From Podarcis erhardii (taxonomy: Eukaryota): 64,000 nt of DNA. The stretch lies in the NCBI GenBank assembly GCA_964252035.1, contig OZ176209.1, one strand, 5' to 3'. Of this stretch, positions 36,557 to 49,975 are shown piece after piece; positions within the stretch are counted from its first letter, which is position 1; every line of letters begins with the position of its first letter. Made by a program: the position numbers and the translations under genes. The notes under the pieces were generated by a model, which searched no databases, was not told the DNA's origin, and saw only the letters and a program-made list of their open reading frames with translations.

Positions 36557-37676
36557 TTAAAAAACCACACTACAGTGAGTTAACATATTAGTGCTGCTCT
36601 ACAACCGTCTTTTGCAAACTGGTTCCCTTCAGGTGGTTTGCAATACAATTCCTATCAGCCCCAGCCAGTGTGGCCAATGCTGAGGGATGATGGGAATTGT
36701 AGTCCAAAACATCTGGAAGGCAACAGAATGAGAAAGACTTCTCTAAAATGTCCCAAGAGCTGCGCATGGCCTATAGGATTTTTGCTTTGTTCTGCAGAGT
36801 TGCAAGGTCCAATCCAGATTCACCACTAGCTTGACATCTATTTAAATATACATTTTGGCTAACTACTACTACTATTGTTAGTAATAATAATAGTTGTTGT
36901 TATCAGCCATTGAAGACACTATTTCTAAGCAGGAGACCTTGTAGACTATGAATTTTAATACCACCTATGGAAAAACAAACTTCTTTAGCTGTCTTTAACA
37001 TGGAGCAGGACTGCTTATTATGTAATATTTCCAGCAGATGCCTGTGGAGGAACATTGAAAGGAAACAGTAGGATACTCAGCTACAGACATGATAGTCAAT
37101 TGCCATTTGAACTGTACACAGCAGAATTACTCATTATTTGGTGACAGCTTTCCACCAATTCCTCTCAAGGGAAATCAGAAAAGGCTTCTCTGTTATTAGC
37201 AGTTACTGCTGAACAGAACCCACTAATTAACATCTATAATTTTATGTAGAAATATGTCTACAGAAATGTGGTCTCCGGGGAGACTTAACTGCTGTTTTTC
37301 TAGGAGACCAAAAATACATTTAAAAAAAAAATCAGCCCAGAGAGAAATCAAACAAGACTTTGAAAATTAAGTCTGTCAAACAGATAACCAGTGAGGTAGA
37401 GCAATAAGACAGGAAATCCCCTAATTACAATTTTGGGCAAGTAAACAGGAAACTATGGTTGCTAATGATAGATAACATCAAATGTTGTCATTCATTTTTG
37501 AAAGATCCAAAATCTAATAATTTTCACTACTTCAGTTTAAGTTATTGTCAAATAATATAAATCACGAGAAGGCAGATAGGAAGGAAATTATTTCAGACAC
37601 AGAATCTGCTCCAAGGGTTGCTAGGCTTCCAGAATAGTATATTTAGTCACTCAAGTTGCACTTACAACCCCCCTGC

Positions 37677-37721
<45 letters not shown>

Positions 37722-37728
37722 GCAGCAG
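37677..37728. repeat. (CAA)n(CAG)n microsatellite
   Basis: Directly visible. Confidence 0.95.
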
Positions 37729-38012
37729 CCTATCTGGGCTTGGGGTTAGTTGCCAGATTCATGTGTGCAAAATCCAGAATTGCATTTGCAAGCACGTTAT
37801 GAATGAAGATCAACATGATTCTTTTATTTAGTATAGATGCTTGACCTGTAGAGTCTATAGACATGCAGTAAAGAGCCACACTCAGCCCTTTAGAGATGGC
37901 AGAATGTATAGGAGCTCTCCCTGGCTTGCAGGGTGGGCTATGGTGGTAGAGCAGCCTGGTAGCGGCAGCCAGTGCGACTGAATTTGGTAACACGTTCCGT
38001 TCCCTGTACAGT

Positions 38013-38343
38013 AAAAGGTAAAGGTAAAGGTACCCCTGACCATTAGGTCCAGTCACGGACGACTCTGGGGTTGCGGCACTCATCTCGCTTTACTGACCGA
38101 GGGAGCTGGCATACATGTGGCCAGCATGACTAAGCCGCTTCTGGCGAACCAGAAGTTTACCTTCCCACCGTTTACCTTCCCACCGGAGCGGTACCTATTT
38201 ATCTGCTTGCACATTGACGTGCTATCGAACTGCTAGGTTGGCAGGAGCAGGGACTGAGCAACGGGAGCTCACCCCATCGCGGGGATTCGAACCACCAACC
38301 TTCTGATCGGCAAGCCCTAGGCTCTGTGGTTTAACCCACAGCA
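38013..38343 (-). mobile_element. Sauria SINE with an internal deletion and a short duplication
   Basis: aaaggtaaaggtaaaggt tail; gtttaccttcccacc repeated twice. Confidence 0.9.
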
Positions 38344-38576
38344 CTAGAAAGCAAATACAGGCTCAGTCCACCTTGACTTTCAGTATCAGCCACAGCAAAA
38401 AAAAAAAAAAAAAAAAAAAAGAAGCTTCTGCTCTTGACTCTGCTACCACTAGAGTACGCCAAGCTCCACCCAATGGACTAGTATTAGGTATATTTTTTCA
38501 ATCAAAAGCCAGCAACCCCACCAGTTGGAGCAGATAGTGATGGCTGTTTTTTGAAATCTCAAATGTTTCCTCTTTA

Positions 38577-38889
38577 CAGTGGTGCCTCGCAAGACGAAAA
38601 GAATCCATTCCGCGAGTCTCTTCGTTTTGCGGTTTTTTCGTCTTGCGAAGCAACCCTATTAGCGGCTTAGCGGCTATTAGCGGCTATTAGCAGCAAAGCG
38701 GCAAAGCGGCTATTAGCGGCTTAGAAAAAGGGGGGGGAGCGAAAAAAATCGCAAGACTCGCAAGACGTTTTCATCTTGCAAAGCAAGCCCATAGGAAATT
38801 CGTCTTGCGAAGTGCCTCGAAAAACGGAAAACCCTTTCGTCTAGTGGGTTTTTCGTCTTGCGAAGCATTCGTCTTGCGGGGCACCACTG
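38577..38889. mobile_element. Tc1/mariner-type MITE, copy 1
   Basis: TA-CAGTGGTGCCTCGCAAGACG...CGTCTTGCGGGGCACCACTG-TA; internal tagcggc minisatellite. Confidence 0.92.
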
Positions 38890-38947
38890 TACTGATAAAC
38901 AGTATAGGATTATTGGTCTCTTTCCCATGTACCAGTCATTCAAAGCA

Positions 38948-38992
<45 letters not shown>

Positions 38993-39744
38993 GATTACAT
39001 TAGAAGAACTTAATGGGGAAGGGGGAAGGTTTAACTTTGTAAGGTGGAAGAGGCCCTGTGGAAATTATGTTGTCTTTTTGTTTCTGAGATTTATTATAAA
39101 TCTTCAATTGTATTGTTGTTTTCATTTCAGCTCATTAATGCCTTTTTCCTCCCTCTATATAACCATTTTGTGCACATGCGTTAAAAAAACACCACTGGGG
39201 AAAAGGCAGTTTTGGGGTAATCATACATGACTGCAACAAGGTTCTTTTGGTGGGATGTTTACCAGTGTGTAGGAGCTCTTGCGCTCATCAATTAAACACC
39301 AGAGAGAGAGAAATGAAGATGAACTGAAGGAACTGAAAGCTGAAGCCAACTGAGCATGCTCCATTTCCAAAATTAATTTTAGAAACGGTCTTAGTTAAGC
39401 TGGAATTTTGAACGAGAAGAACGCAGGCCAGAGCAAAGCCATGTGGAAATAAGGGAAGATAAAAAGGGAGCTCCGCCTTTGCTAAGCCAGGAACAGCCAC
39501 AAAAAGTAGGCAGCAAGAGAATGTCTCATTCCACAACCTGGGTTCAAGTCCCTCTATGATTCTGGTGATAATCTGCCTAACCTCTGATGACAAAACAGGC
39601 AGGAGAATGTGGCCATTTAGATACTGCATCCTAGGTTGAAAAACGCCATAAAGACATCACTGAAGCATCACTAAAAGGGTGGGGCAGGGGCAGGGCAGGG
39701 GGGGGGGACAGGGTGTTTGTGGATTTTTCATTGGCTTTCAATTA

Positions 39745-40098
39745 CAGTGGTGCCCCGCAAGACGAACGCCTCGCAAGACGGAAAACCCGCTAGACGAAAG
39801 GGTTTTCCGTTTTGGAGGCACTTCGCAAAACGAATTTCCCTATGGGCTTGCTTCGCAAGACGAAATGTCTTGCGAGTTCCTGCGGGTTCCCCCCCTTTTC
39901 CCCCCTTTTCCTAAGCCGCTAAGCCGCTTATCAGCTGATCCACTGATAACCCGCTTATCAGCTGATCCGCTAAAAGCCGCTAAACCGCTAATAGTGCTAA
40001 TCCGCTAAGCTGTCAATGGGCTTGCTTCGCAAGAAGAAAAAACCGCTATACAAAGAGCCTCACAGAATGGATTAATTTTGTCTTGCGAGGCACCACTG
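39745..40098. mobile_element. Tc1/mariner-type MITE, copy 2, inverted relative to copy 1
   Basis: TA-CAGTGGTGCCCCGCAAGACG...GTCTTGCGAGGCACCACTG-TA; internal gccgcta repeats. Confidence 0.92.
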
Positions 40099-40237
40099 TA
40101 TGCACAATTTCACTGAGATGTGTGGTGCCTCAGAATGTAACCCCCACATAAACAGAGGGCTGCCTGTATGACAAAATTTGCCAGGTTAAGGATATAAGGA
40201 TATTTTTGCTTTTCAACAGAACCAGAAATTTTATTAC

Positions 40238-40299
40238 CTGTAATCAGTACCATTTACAGCTGTCCATGTGTATGTTCTGTTTCCTCTGTCAATGTAGCG
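40238..40299 (-). CDS. CACNA2D1: CACNA2D1 exon 21 (62 nt) [20 protein letters not shown](S)
   Basis: tgcag|CGCTAC...TACAG|gtaata; phase 0 to 2. Confidence 0.96.
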
Positions 40300-40922
40300 C
40301 TGCAAAATATTGAGGAAGACCATCATTTTCTCCATGATCTCAAGAAAGCTACAAAAATAGTTTTTTTTAAAAAACCTACTAGATTCAAGAACAAATCCTC
40401 ATTGCAATGTATTACACTTAAAAACTTCATATTACTTTACATGTCTAACAATTAAGGGAAGCGTCAAACTGGGTGCCATGTAAATTCAGCCTAATGTTGT
40501 CCAAAATTATTTTCTTTTTTTAATTCCTTTCTGGCAATTTAGATTTCCCCTACATGTTAAAACAAAATGACAACAGTAACACAACCTTAAAATTGTTATC
40601 ATATAAAACCTTAAGACTGTGCAGTTGATAGATAAGAAACATGCCTAGCAATATGAGAAACTCTCACATTATTTATGTGTGAAACTCTGTGCCTGAGATG
40701 GTCCCACAGAGAAAAGGAGTGCTGTGCTAACTGCTGCTCTACATGCATCAGCTGTTAGGCAGGGAGGCTGAGCAGCGTGAACGAAGCCCAGGTCTCCTCC
40801 TCTGTCCTCAATGACGTCCTCTTCGGGCGCTGGGGAGGGTCTTCTTGTGAGCCACAAGGTCCAGCTCTCTCACACCATTTCCTGGTCTGATTCTATTTAT
40901 TTATTTTGCAGCACCATTTGTA

Positions 40923-40970
<48 letters not shown>

Positions 40971-42595
40971 TTATTTCTACCCTGCCCATCTGGCTAGGTT
41001 TCCCCAGCCATTCTGGGCAGCTATATAGAATTGTGCATGAGTAAAATGACCAATTTGAAAGCTGCTACTGGCAACCAGGCCTATGGATTTCTTCACTCCA
41101 GGCTATGGTAATGGAAAACATAGCCTCACTGAACAGGACAGCCAGCATGCATCAATAGAAGCACAAATATAAATGTGTTACTGGAGGGCAAGATTAATCT
41201 GAAATTTTCATTTCACGTAATTACAGAATGAATGAAGGAGAGGCCACATGATGGAAAATTTTAGAAGGTCCCTGGGCAGGCTGTAGAGATTTAATCAGAG
41301 TTAATACATCCCAAAGGAGCAGGTTTATTCAGTTTTCATCATTTAAAGTGTAACTCCTTGCCAGCTGTAGCATATTACAATGTTATACTGAGAGACACAG
41401 ATTTATAGGAATGCCTGTGATAAAAACTGTACAGCTGCTGCACTGCAGAGTTACTAATAATGTTCAAATGTGCCGCAACAGGTGTCTTGCTTCTATCTAC
41501 GTACAATTTAAACATAAACATTAACAAGATTTTGATTTTTAGGAGTTTTGGAGAGAGCAGAAAAAACTTTTATAGAGCACCTGTTTTTATAGCTAGAGCA
41601 CATGTAAACATTCTGAGGAAAGTTCTGTGGATATGTGGCATCTGAAAATGACATGGTTTGATGTGATCTAAGTTTAAAGGAAAAAAATGTATATGTGGTC
41701 TGCTTCCAAATGCATAACTACCATTTTAGGGTTCTTGGCAAGTTGTGGCAACATGTTGTCTCTGTCCTTCTCAAAGCAGAGCTGAAGAGCAGCCCGACAG
41801 TCACATCCCTTTGTGGGCCACCTTCTGAGGGCTGACTGCCAGTAGAGTGCGCAAAGGTCAAAAGTCCCTGGAGCAGTCAAAAGTCAGAGGTTTCTATGCA
41901 CACCCACCCACCTCGGCACCCTCCTTCCAAGAAAGAAGGAGGCATTACCACAGTTCAAGGATAGATTGCAGTCAGACAAAACGTTTCATGGAGTGGACCA
42001 GTGAAGAAGTGTTCCCTGTTTTCTTCAAAGAGCCAAACAGAGAGGCCTAGGAATTTGCATTTAGCGCCCAGGCCCGATGGCCCCCACCCAGAGGTCAGGA
42101 GCGGATCTACTATGAAATTCATGAAGCTTTCAAAAATGGACTTATAGGACCCAATTTGAGTTGCATGACTCAAACGGATTAATTTTTTCTTGCATATATT
42201 GCAACAATCCCAAAGTCTGAGAGTCAGTAGCAGAGATGTTGTAAAGGTGTGGTGATCTGTCATGGAACAACCCCATTGAGCTAGGATTTTTTTTTTTTTT
42301 AAATCCTCTTACACAGATTGTGGCATCTGTGAATACAGTCAAAGAAGAGCTCTCCCTTAATTTGAGGTGAGATGTTGATCTATGTGCAAATGCCACCATA
42401 GCTTCTCTCCCACTACAGCTTCAGATTTGAAGACCATGAACATAATCACCATCATGTATCAAATGCATGATGCTAATAAGCAATTGGAATCTTTTTGTTT
42501 CAGACAATTCCTAACATGCACTTGCAGGGGCTTGGACTAGATGATCCTCGTGGTCCCTTTCAACTCTACAATTCCTTAATTCTATGATAACTTAC

Positions 42596-42667
42596 CTCAT
42601 CTTGAGACTTGACCAGCGTTCTAAATGTCCTATCTCCGCTTTCTCCATCTATCATTTTTTTCCGAAT
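42596..42667 (-). CDS. CACNA2D1: CACNA2D1 exon 20 (72 nt) [24 protein letters not shown]
   Basis: tttag|ATTCGG...GATGAG|gtaagt. Confidence 0.97.
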
Positions 42668-43814
42668 CTAAAATCAGGAGAATTACAAAAATAAAGAAGC
42701 AAGTCCATTGTATTTCACTAATTTTGAACAGGGTCCATGATCATTTCCTGCACCATGTAAGAAATCATAAACTTTAAACAAGATTTGCCTAAATGCCATG
42801 CTTGAGGCTACATTAAACAGCACAGCTTATTCATTTCAATGAAATCACATGCCCTCCAATGTTTTGGGAAGGCAAAGGGGGACACACACCCCACACCATC
42901 CCGCCTGCCCACCCTCTGGTCTCCTTCATCTCTCTCCCCCCCACCATTCACCCAATCTCTGCTTGCCCTCGTCCACCCACTGCTCCACACGGAATCGGGG
43001 TGCCCTGAGACGAAGGCAGAGCCTGGAGTGGCTTCAAAGAAAGTGGGGTACTTGTCAAGGATGGAATCACTGGCCGCCCCATTAATTGCCATGCTGGCCG
43101 CACCCCAACAATGCATGGATCAAATCCCCAACATCTATTTTAGCAAGATTCTTGGAAGCAGAGCTTATAAAAATTTATTCCCAAAACCCATTGTAGTTCA
43201 GAGCAGCCAGAAGTGGGCTGAGTAAAATTACCCCTAGGTGTAAAATATTCAGAGCTTGCTTAATAGAATCCCAGGATCTGATTTCTGACTCTGCACTGCA
43301 AGCAGGGTTCTCTGCACCTTAAGGATCTTTGAGAAGGGGCTGTTTGGTTGTGGTACTCAGGGTCATGTGATGCCCTCCCCTAGCAGGCCTACCTCTCACT
43401 GATATTGCTTGAAAAATAGGCATCAGATAAAAAGCTCCTTATGTGTGCAGAGCTGCTTACGATTACGTGTGTGCTCATTTAGCTGCTGGTTTGCTTTTAT
43501 GAGAACTCCCTTTTCTTACATATTTTATTGATTGTTGTTGCTGTTTTAAAACTAGTTGTAAGCCACTTTAAACACCGTGTGTGGGGTAGAGCTTTATTTG
43601 TCCCAGAAAACAGCTTACCTAACAATGAAGACACTGGACTCAGCTACATTAGTCTAAAACAATGTTTTGAATTTGTTATAAACGTGCAACACCAGATGGC
43701 ACCAGAGAGCAAAAGAATTCTATACAATTTTTACATAATGATTTAATTTCTGACTTATTTGTAGCGTTTTTTCCTATGTGTAGATACACCCAGTGATTCA
43801 TCAATATCATTTAC

Positions 43815-43886
43815 CTCAACTTTAATATCATTTTCCAGCTCTGCATCCAGAAAATCCAGCGTCACTGGCTCCTGAGATTTAGGATT
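43815..43886 (-). CDS. CACNA2D1: CACNA2D1 exon 19 (72 nt; 57 nt with internal acceptor) [24 protein letters not shown]
   Basis: ttcag|AATCCTAAATCTCAG/GAGCCA...GTTGAG|gtaaat. Confidence 0.97.
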
Positions 43887-44069
43887 CTGAAGAAGAAGTG
43901 TCAAACCAGCATATAATAAACATATTTCTTGCCATGTTGCATTCAGGATTAAATTGGTTGAATTGCTTCAAATTCTATCTTGAAACTCATGGGATTCATA
44001 AAGGTGGAATTACTTACCTCTCCAGTTTATAATCAGTACAGCTATAAAATATGTAGTCTTTCCATTTAA

Positions 44070-44100
<31 letters not shown>

Positions 44101-47100
44101 ATCTCATTGATAATTGGACAAGAGATAATTAGTTTACCCCAGAATGTTGAGCTTGGTAATGTACTGAGGCTTTTTCCTCGATCTAAATTATTTCACAAAA
44201 TATACGTGTAGAAACTGCAATTGAGAAGGCAGACACGGCATCAACAGAAGGACACAAAGAAGGAAGGCAGGAAGAAAAGTCAATGACTTTTTATAGCTAG
44301 AGAAGAGTTAGGTACAACAGACTTGTTTTTCAAAGGAGTTAAAAGCACTTGTTTTTGAAATTAATGGCAGAGGTTGATGGGCAAAGATAGGAATCAAAGG
44401 AGAAAGGATTAAATTCAGATAAAGGAAAAATAAGGGAAGGAGGGAAGTCCTTGTTGTTGAAAAGGGATCCAATCCTGACAGATAATTTTGAAAATACCTT
44501 CAGAAAGTTTAGTCCTCCTTGCTGGTACAACCAGGTCCTCGCTACCACCAAGTAGTATAATACCACTCCTGATAGCAAGGGCAGAGAACCTGTGACCTTC
44601 CCCAGGCTGTGGGACTTCAACTCCCATCAGTGCTAGCCAGCATGGGCAATCCTTGGGGAAGGGGAGAGCTGCAGCTCATGACTATCTGAAGGGCCACAGG
44701 TTCTTCAAGGCAGACTTGGGAAATTCATTCACAGCCTACCTTCTATGAGGATGGATTGCCATGGTTGTAGATAGGGGCACATTCCTACCTAACTTGCCTT
44801 AAAGTCTTACAGTGCTCAGACCTGCTAGGCCTAGGCAATTCTCTCTTTACCACTCCTGCAAAAAGGCAGACAAGACCCATGTCAACTCACTCTTTCAGCA
44901 CTGACATTTCAGGGAAAACATTATGTACATTCCTTTGACAAAAAGCACAATATAGAGAGCCACGGAGTAGTCACCCGGGGAAGGGAACATTGGTAATGGC
45001 TGCCACATGGGAGAGATTTAAAGCAGCCACCATCTAACGGAAGAAATTATGCCCTGGTCTTTGTTGAGGTGAATATGTATGTATTTTCCTAAATGCCAGA
45101 AGATAAACTCTATGTTCCCATACTTGTCTGTTCTCATACTTCACTGATTCCAGGAGAAATTCAAAGATATGATGAGAGCAGTCGTGTCCATGACATCTGA
45201 AGAGGGAAAGTCTACGTACATATAGACTTTCAAGTGTAGGATTTGAGATCATATATAAGCATTTGTGGTTAGATTTTCCCTCTTCAGGTGTCCACACTCA
45301 AGGCAGAGATGTTAGGAGTGAGATGTGTGATGCTGGTTTCAGACTGGTGCACCCCCAATCTCGGCTCACACACTGAGTCGCACACTGATTACAATGTATT
45401 AGCAAAATGTCAGAAAGGAGTTTGAGTTGCCAATAGTTCCAGTGATTTTAGCAGAACCATGTGCAAGGAAGGGATGCAACAGTCCAGAATCTGTCAACAG
45501 TTCTACTAGTCAATCACCGAGAAATTGCTTATAGATAGAAATAAGAACGTTGGCTCATTATGTTCATCTGGATCATATTAACAAGGTACTAAATAGACAG
45601 TGTGTTCTTTTTTGCTGTTCTTTTTAGAAACTTGCTTCAATTAGAGAAACAGCAGAGGAAATCCTGTCTTGGATATGAAAACACCAATTGAAACAAATGC
45701 AGATCATTGCTGGTACAATTATATGCATTTTACAACTGCTAAGCTCTTATTCATCTAGACAAATAAATCAACTTTAGTGAAATAAATCATTGAGAGAAAA
45801 TAATGATAAAATTAAAAATGAATAACAAACACAGTTAAAAGAAGACAAGAACTTAACCTTCACAAAGTCTAGTTCTCAAATGTAAAGCAAATCAAATTTA
45901 AATAATAAATTTCTTACATGCAATGGAATGACATTAGAAGGATCAAACCCAGGCAGCATGCATGAAGGCATTGCCGTGGCAAAAGCAGCATTGCAGTCCA
46001 TATCCCGTTCCAGTAAACAAAGCAAGGACACAAAAGAAAACAATGTGATAAATAATCCATAACACAAGAATCAACCTTTTAAAAAAACACACTAAAAAAT
46101 GATAGCATGGTTTAGTCACAGTTACGGAATCTAAAAGTTAAGGCTATCTCTGAATAATACAAATATGAAATGAATGTTTACAGATAAAGCAAATGGATCC
46201 CTAATAAAATGCTTAGATCACACTCCACTGGGAAGCTCTCTTTTGCAAGCCTCATGCATTTAATCTTTTTAGATACTTAATATCGTTTTAATTCTGAAAT
46301 AACTAAATAAACCTGAATCAGGGACCTTTATAACCTTCAGTTTTAGGGCAAGGGCATATTATTGGATTTAAGCACTATAGAAATGAATAATAATAATTAA
46401 TCAGAGGGGATAATGGATGAAACAACAATGACTTCCCTTTGAAGAGTACCATGTTCAAGTTCCATTTGTTTCAATGTGGCTTGCAAAGGAGAACCTCCTA
46501 ATGGATTGTGTCCTTGGGCTCTACATACAGTAAATAATGCCTCCTTTCCTACGGCCTCTTGATTATATCCACCATTTGTCAATAGTTTTGAGGAACAATT
46601 AGTCTGTGTCTTCCATTATTGACTTACATCAATACATCCTTGATTTGCTTTAAGTTTTATAGATGTTGTGAGTTTTAATGGTTATCAGAATAAGGGGATG
46701 GGGAAATCAGAAATCGGGAAAAATAAATGTGCTTATGTGCTTGAACAGGATCTAGGTATTATTTACAAAGAAGTAAACACTTATGAATTTACAGGCATTT
46801 ATTCTGAGGTAACACTGAACAGAATTGCAGCCTCTCAACTCTTAGCCATCCGTCTTAACTGCCCCCTTTAAAAAGTGCTGGTTTTTTTTTTTAAGCCAAA
46901 CTTTAGACTCCGATAACTGTTCCTTTCCCATTTTGCTAGGATGCATTTAGATAGCAATCCTATATGGTTTGCATTTCTACACATCTTATCAGCTGCAGTC
47001 ATAAAACATGACTGAGGAAGTAAAGTGAAAAAGCCATGCAAGAAAAAGCCACTAAAAAAAGAAAAAAGAAGAATGCATATTGATTTTCAGCATGGCTATT

Positions 47101-47741
47101 ACAAGGTAAGGGGTGTTATTTTAGTTAATAAGGTAAATACTGTATGAACGACAGAAGGAGATATAAAATGATGCAGCAACATAAAAATGAAATCACTAAA
47201 GTGTGTTGATTCTGGGGGAGTGGTAGAGATAATCTGAACACACTGTGAATTCAAAATACTGATGTTTTTGGGTGTGTGCAACTAACAGTTTTGCTGTGCT
47301 CTGTACAGCATTCACAGACGCACAGCTGCAAATGAAACAAGAAGCACCAGGTTTTGACCTGCATGTGGGAAACCACAAATCCTTAATATGGCTCAAAAGC
47401 CTATCAAATATAATGTAAGGGCTTCAGGTTTACAGTAAAATAAATCCAGAATAAGCAGCCTCCCTCTCCAGATTCTAAACTTCTTGGCGGGGTTGGGGGG
47501 GAGATTGAAAATTGTGGCAAAAGCATATATTCAATTCTGTTAACAGCAACACGTAATTACTTAAAGCAACATCTTCCACAAGCATCCACACTATGTTTGC
47601 AAGCTTCATGCTTTAGAAGCTGTTTGATCAAGTAAACAGCCTAGTTAGGTTTTCCCAGGAAGCTAAATAGAAGCTCTCTAATCTCAGCTTCAGCTCTATG
47701 CATCTTTAAACACTCTAAGAATCACCTCTATCCATAGTTAC

Positions 47742-47792
47742 CTGGACATAGGGTCTCCTTTTTCTAATTTTGGGTATGCCCGCACCAATGTG
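47742..47792 (-). CDS. CACNA2D1: CACNA2D1 alternative exon 18a (region A, 51 nt) HIGAGIPKIRKRRPYVQ
   Basis: ctttag|CACATT...GTCCAG|gtaact; phase 0-0; resembles mammalian muscle insert PIGVGIPTINLRKRRPNIQ. Confidence 0.88.
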
Positions 47793-48989
47793 CTAAAGTA
47801 ACAAAACAGCATTGATTCATATTTTCACAACATTATGACAGTCATTTGTGGTTTATTATTGTAATCTCGAGGTGTACTACACTTTCACGGACTCTTGACA
47901 GAGCAGAAGCCTTCTAACGCACAACCTTGGTTAACTAAATCCCATAGAGTGTACACAACTGCAGAATAGATTGTTTCAGAATTACATGGCCGTTGTCAGC
48001 AATGGTGGGCAAACCTAAAAAGATGGATCAACTTAAGTGAGAGCTCTGCCTGCGCATCTGAACAGACAGCATTCTTTAGCCCCAATCACGTGTTACTCGT
48101 GTTTATAGCATTATCATGTTTACTTGGATCAGGGCTGTGCTGTTAGCCCTGCCTACTACATTGCCAGCAGTTGTCTGAAGAGAAGCCCCAAGGCACATGC
48201 TCCTACTCACATGTAGGGACTCCATGTGATCATTCGTGTGCAGCCCCTACTCATAAGCAGGAATTTATGCATGGGGGGGGGTCTCTTTCAACGTTATTGA
48301 GGAAGGAGGCAAGTCCTGCTTCAAGTAAACACAGCAACATCTTGCATATGAATAATGCATAAATAGGGTTTCTGTCTGTTTCAAGTGTAACTAATTGAAA
48401 GCTTCTTGTCTTCTAATTGAAAGCTTATGTTCTACTCAATCCTACACACCTTTCTTACCTCCAAACAATGAACTATAGAGTACAAATCACACAGTCCTAG
48501 TTAAAAAAATTATTGGACAGCTGCTGACTTTGATTTATGGATGTACCATTTGTAAGCTAAGAGGAGGAAAGAATTGCTCAAATCCAGACAACAGCTCGTG
48601 AATTCCCCACATCATCCACTACTTTAGGCATGTGGGACAGGGGAAAATAAAATAATTGCATTAGAATACCTAGGATAAGCGTTACACACCCACCCACACC
48701 CCTATACGTATGTGGTAGAGAGAAAACAAAATAATTAAATTAGAATATTTTTAAAGAACAGCCCCGACCCAATCCAGGTAGGAGCACTACAGGCACAGAA
48801 TAAGGTTTCCATCCTTGTATCCCTTGCTCAATGGGGATAGTAATGAGCAAAAGTTTCACTGAAAGTAATGGATTACCTTTATAAAACAATTCTGTGTGTG
48901 CACCTATAAAAGAGCTCACTTTGGACACTGGTCTGATAAATGCCAACAATGTATACACAGAATCTCATTCACCATTTCAAACTGACAGA

Positions 48990-49440
48990 CTTACATTGGC
49001 TCCCAGTACATTTCCGAGCATAATTCCAAGTGTTGGTGCTGACCTTTAAAGCCCTAAATGGCCTCAGTCAAGTATACCTGAAGGAGCATCTCCACCCCCA
49101 TTGTTGGGGTGCCCAGACATTGAGGTCCAGCTCCGAGGGCCTTCTGGCGGTTCCCTCACTGTGAGAAGTGAGGTTACAGGGAACCAGGCAGAGGGCCTTC
49201 TTGGTAGTGGTGCCCACCCTGTGGAATGCCCTCCCATCAGATGTCAAGGAAATAAACAACTATCCGACTTTTAGAAAACATCTCAAAGCAGCCCTGTTTA
49301 GGGAAGTTTTTAATGTTTGAAGTTTTATTCTGTTTTTAATGTTCTGTTGAAAGCCGCCCAGAGTGGCTGGGGAAACCCAGCCAGATGGGCGGGGTAGAAA
49401 TAATAAATCATTATTAATTATTATTATTATTATTATTATA
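48990..49440 (+). mobile_element. L2-clade LINE 3' fragment
   Basis: Homologous to 25880-26300. Confidence 0.88.
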
Positions 49441-49613
49441 GCAGAATAACTTCTGGGGGAGACAGTTCTCCATTCACAATTCACAATGCTGCTATGTAAT
49501 GAGTTGGATCAATTTGTACACAAAAATAGGTCATCATGGATATTGGAGCCATCACTTTATCCACAAACAAGTTAAGCATATGGAGCAGCCTCATGGGAGG
49601 GGTGTTTCTAGGA

Positions 49614-49749
49614 CAGGCTTCCTCAACCTCGGCCCTCCAGATGTTTTGAGACTACAATTCCTATCATCCCTGACCACTGGTCCTGCTAGCTATGGATCAG
49701 GGGAGTTGTAGGCCAAAAACATCTGGAGGGCCAAGGTTGAGGAAGCCTG
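49614..49749. mobile_element. hAT-Charlie-type palindromic MITE
   Basis: TIRs CAGGCTTCCTCAACCT(C/T)GGCCCTCCAGATGTTTT; TSD TTCTAGGA/TTCTAGGG. Confidence 0.9.
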
Positions 49750-49944
49750 TTCTAGGGCTAAGGTGGAACTGTGAAGCTCCCATGTTATTTTTGCTGCTGG
49801 ATGCTGCATGTTGTTTAAGTAATGTCACTACATTTACAGTATTTTTGTATATTATTATATTTTTGTCTTGCTATGTTATTATGAAATTGTTTTTGTACCA
49901 TTTGTTTGAAATGCATCCTGTTTGTTGTAAGCCGCTTTGATCAC

Positions 49945-49975
<31 letters not shown>

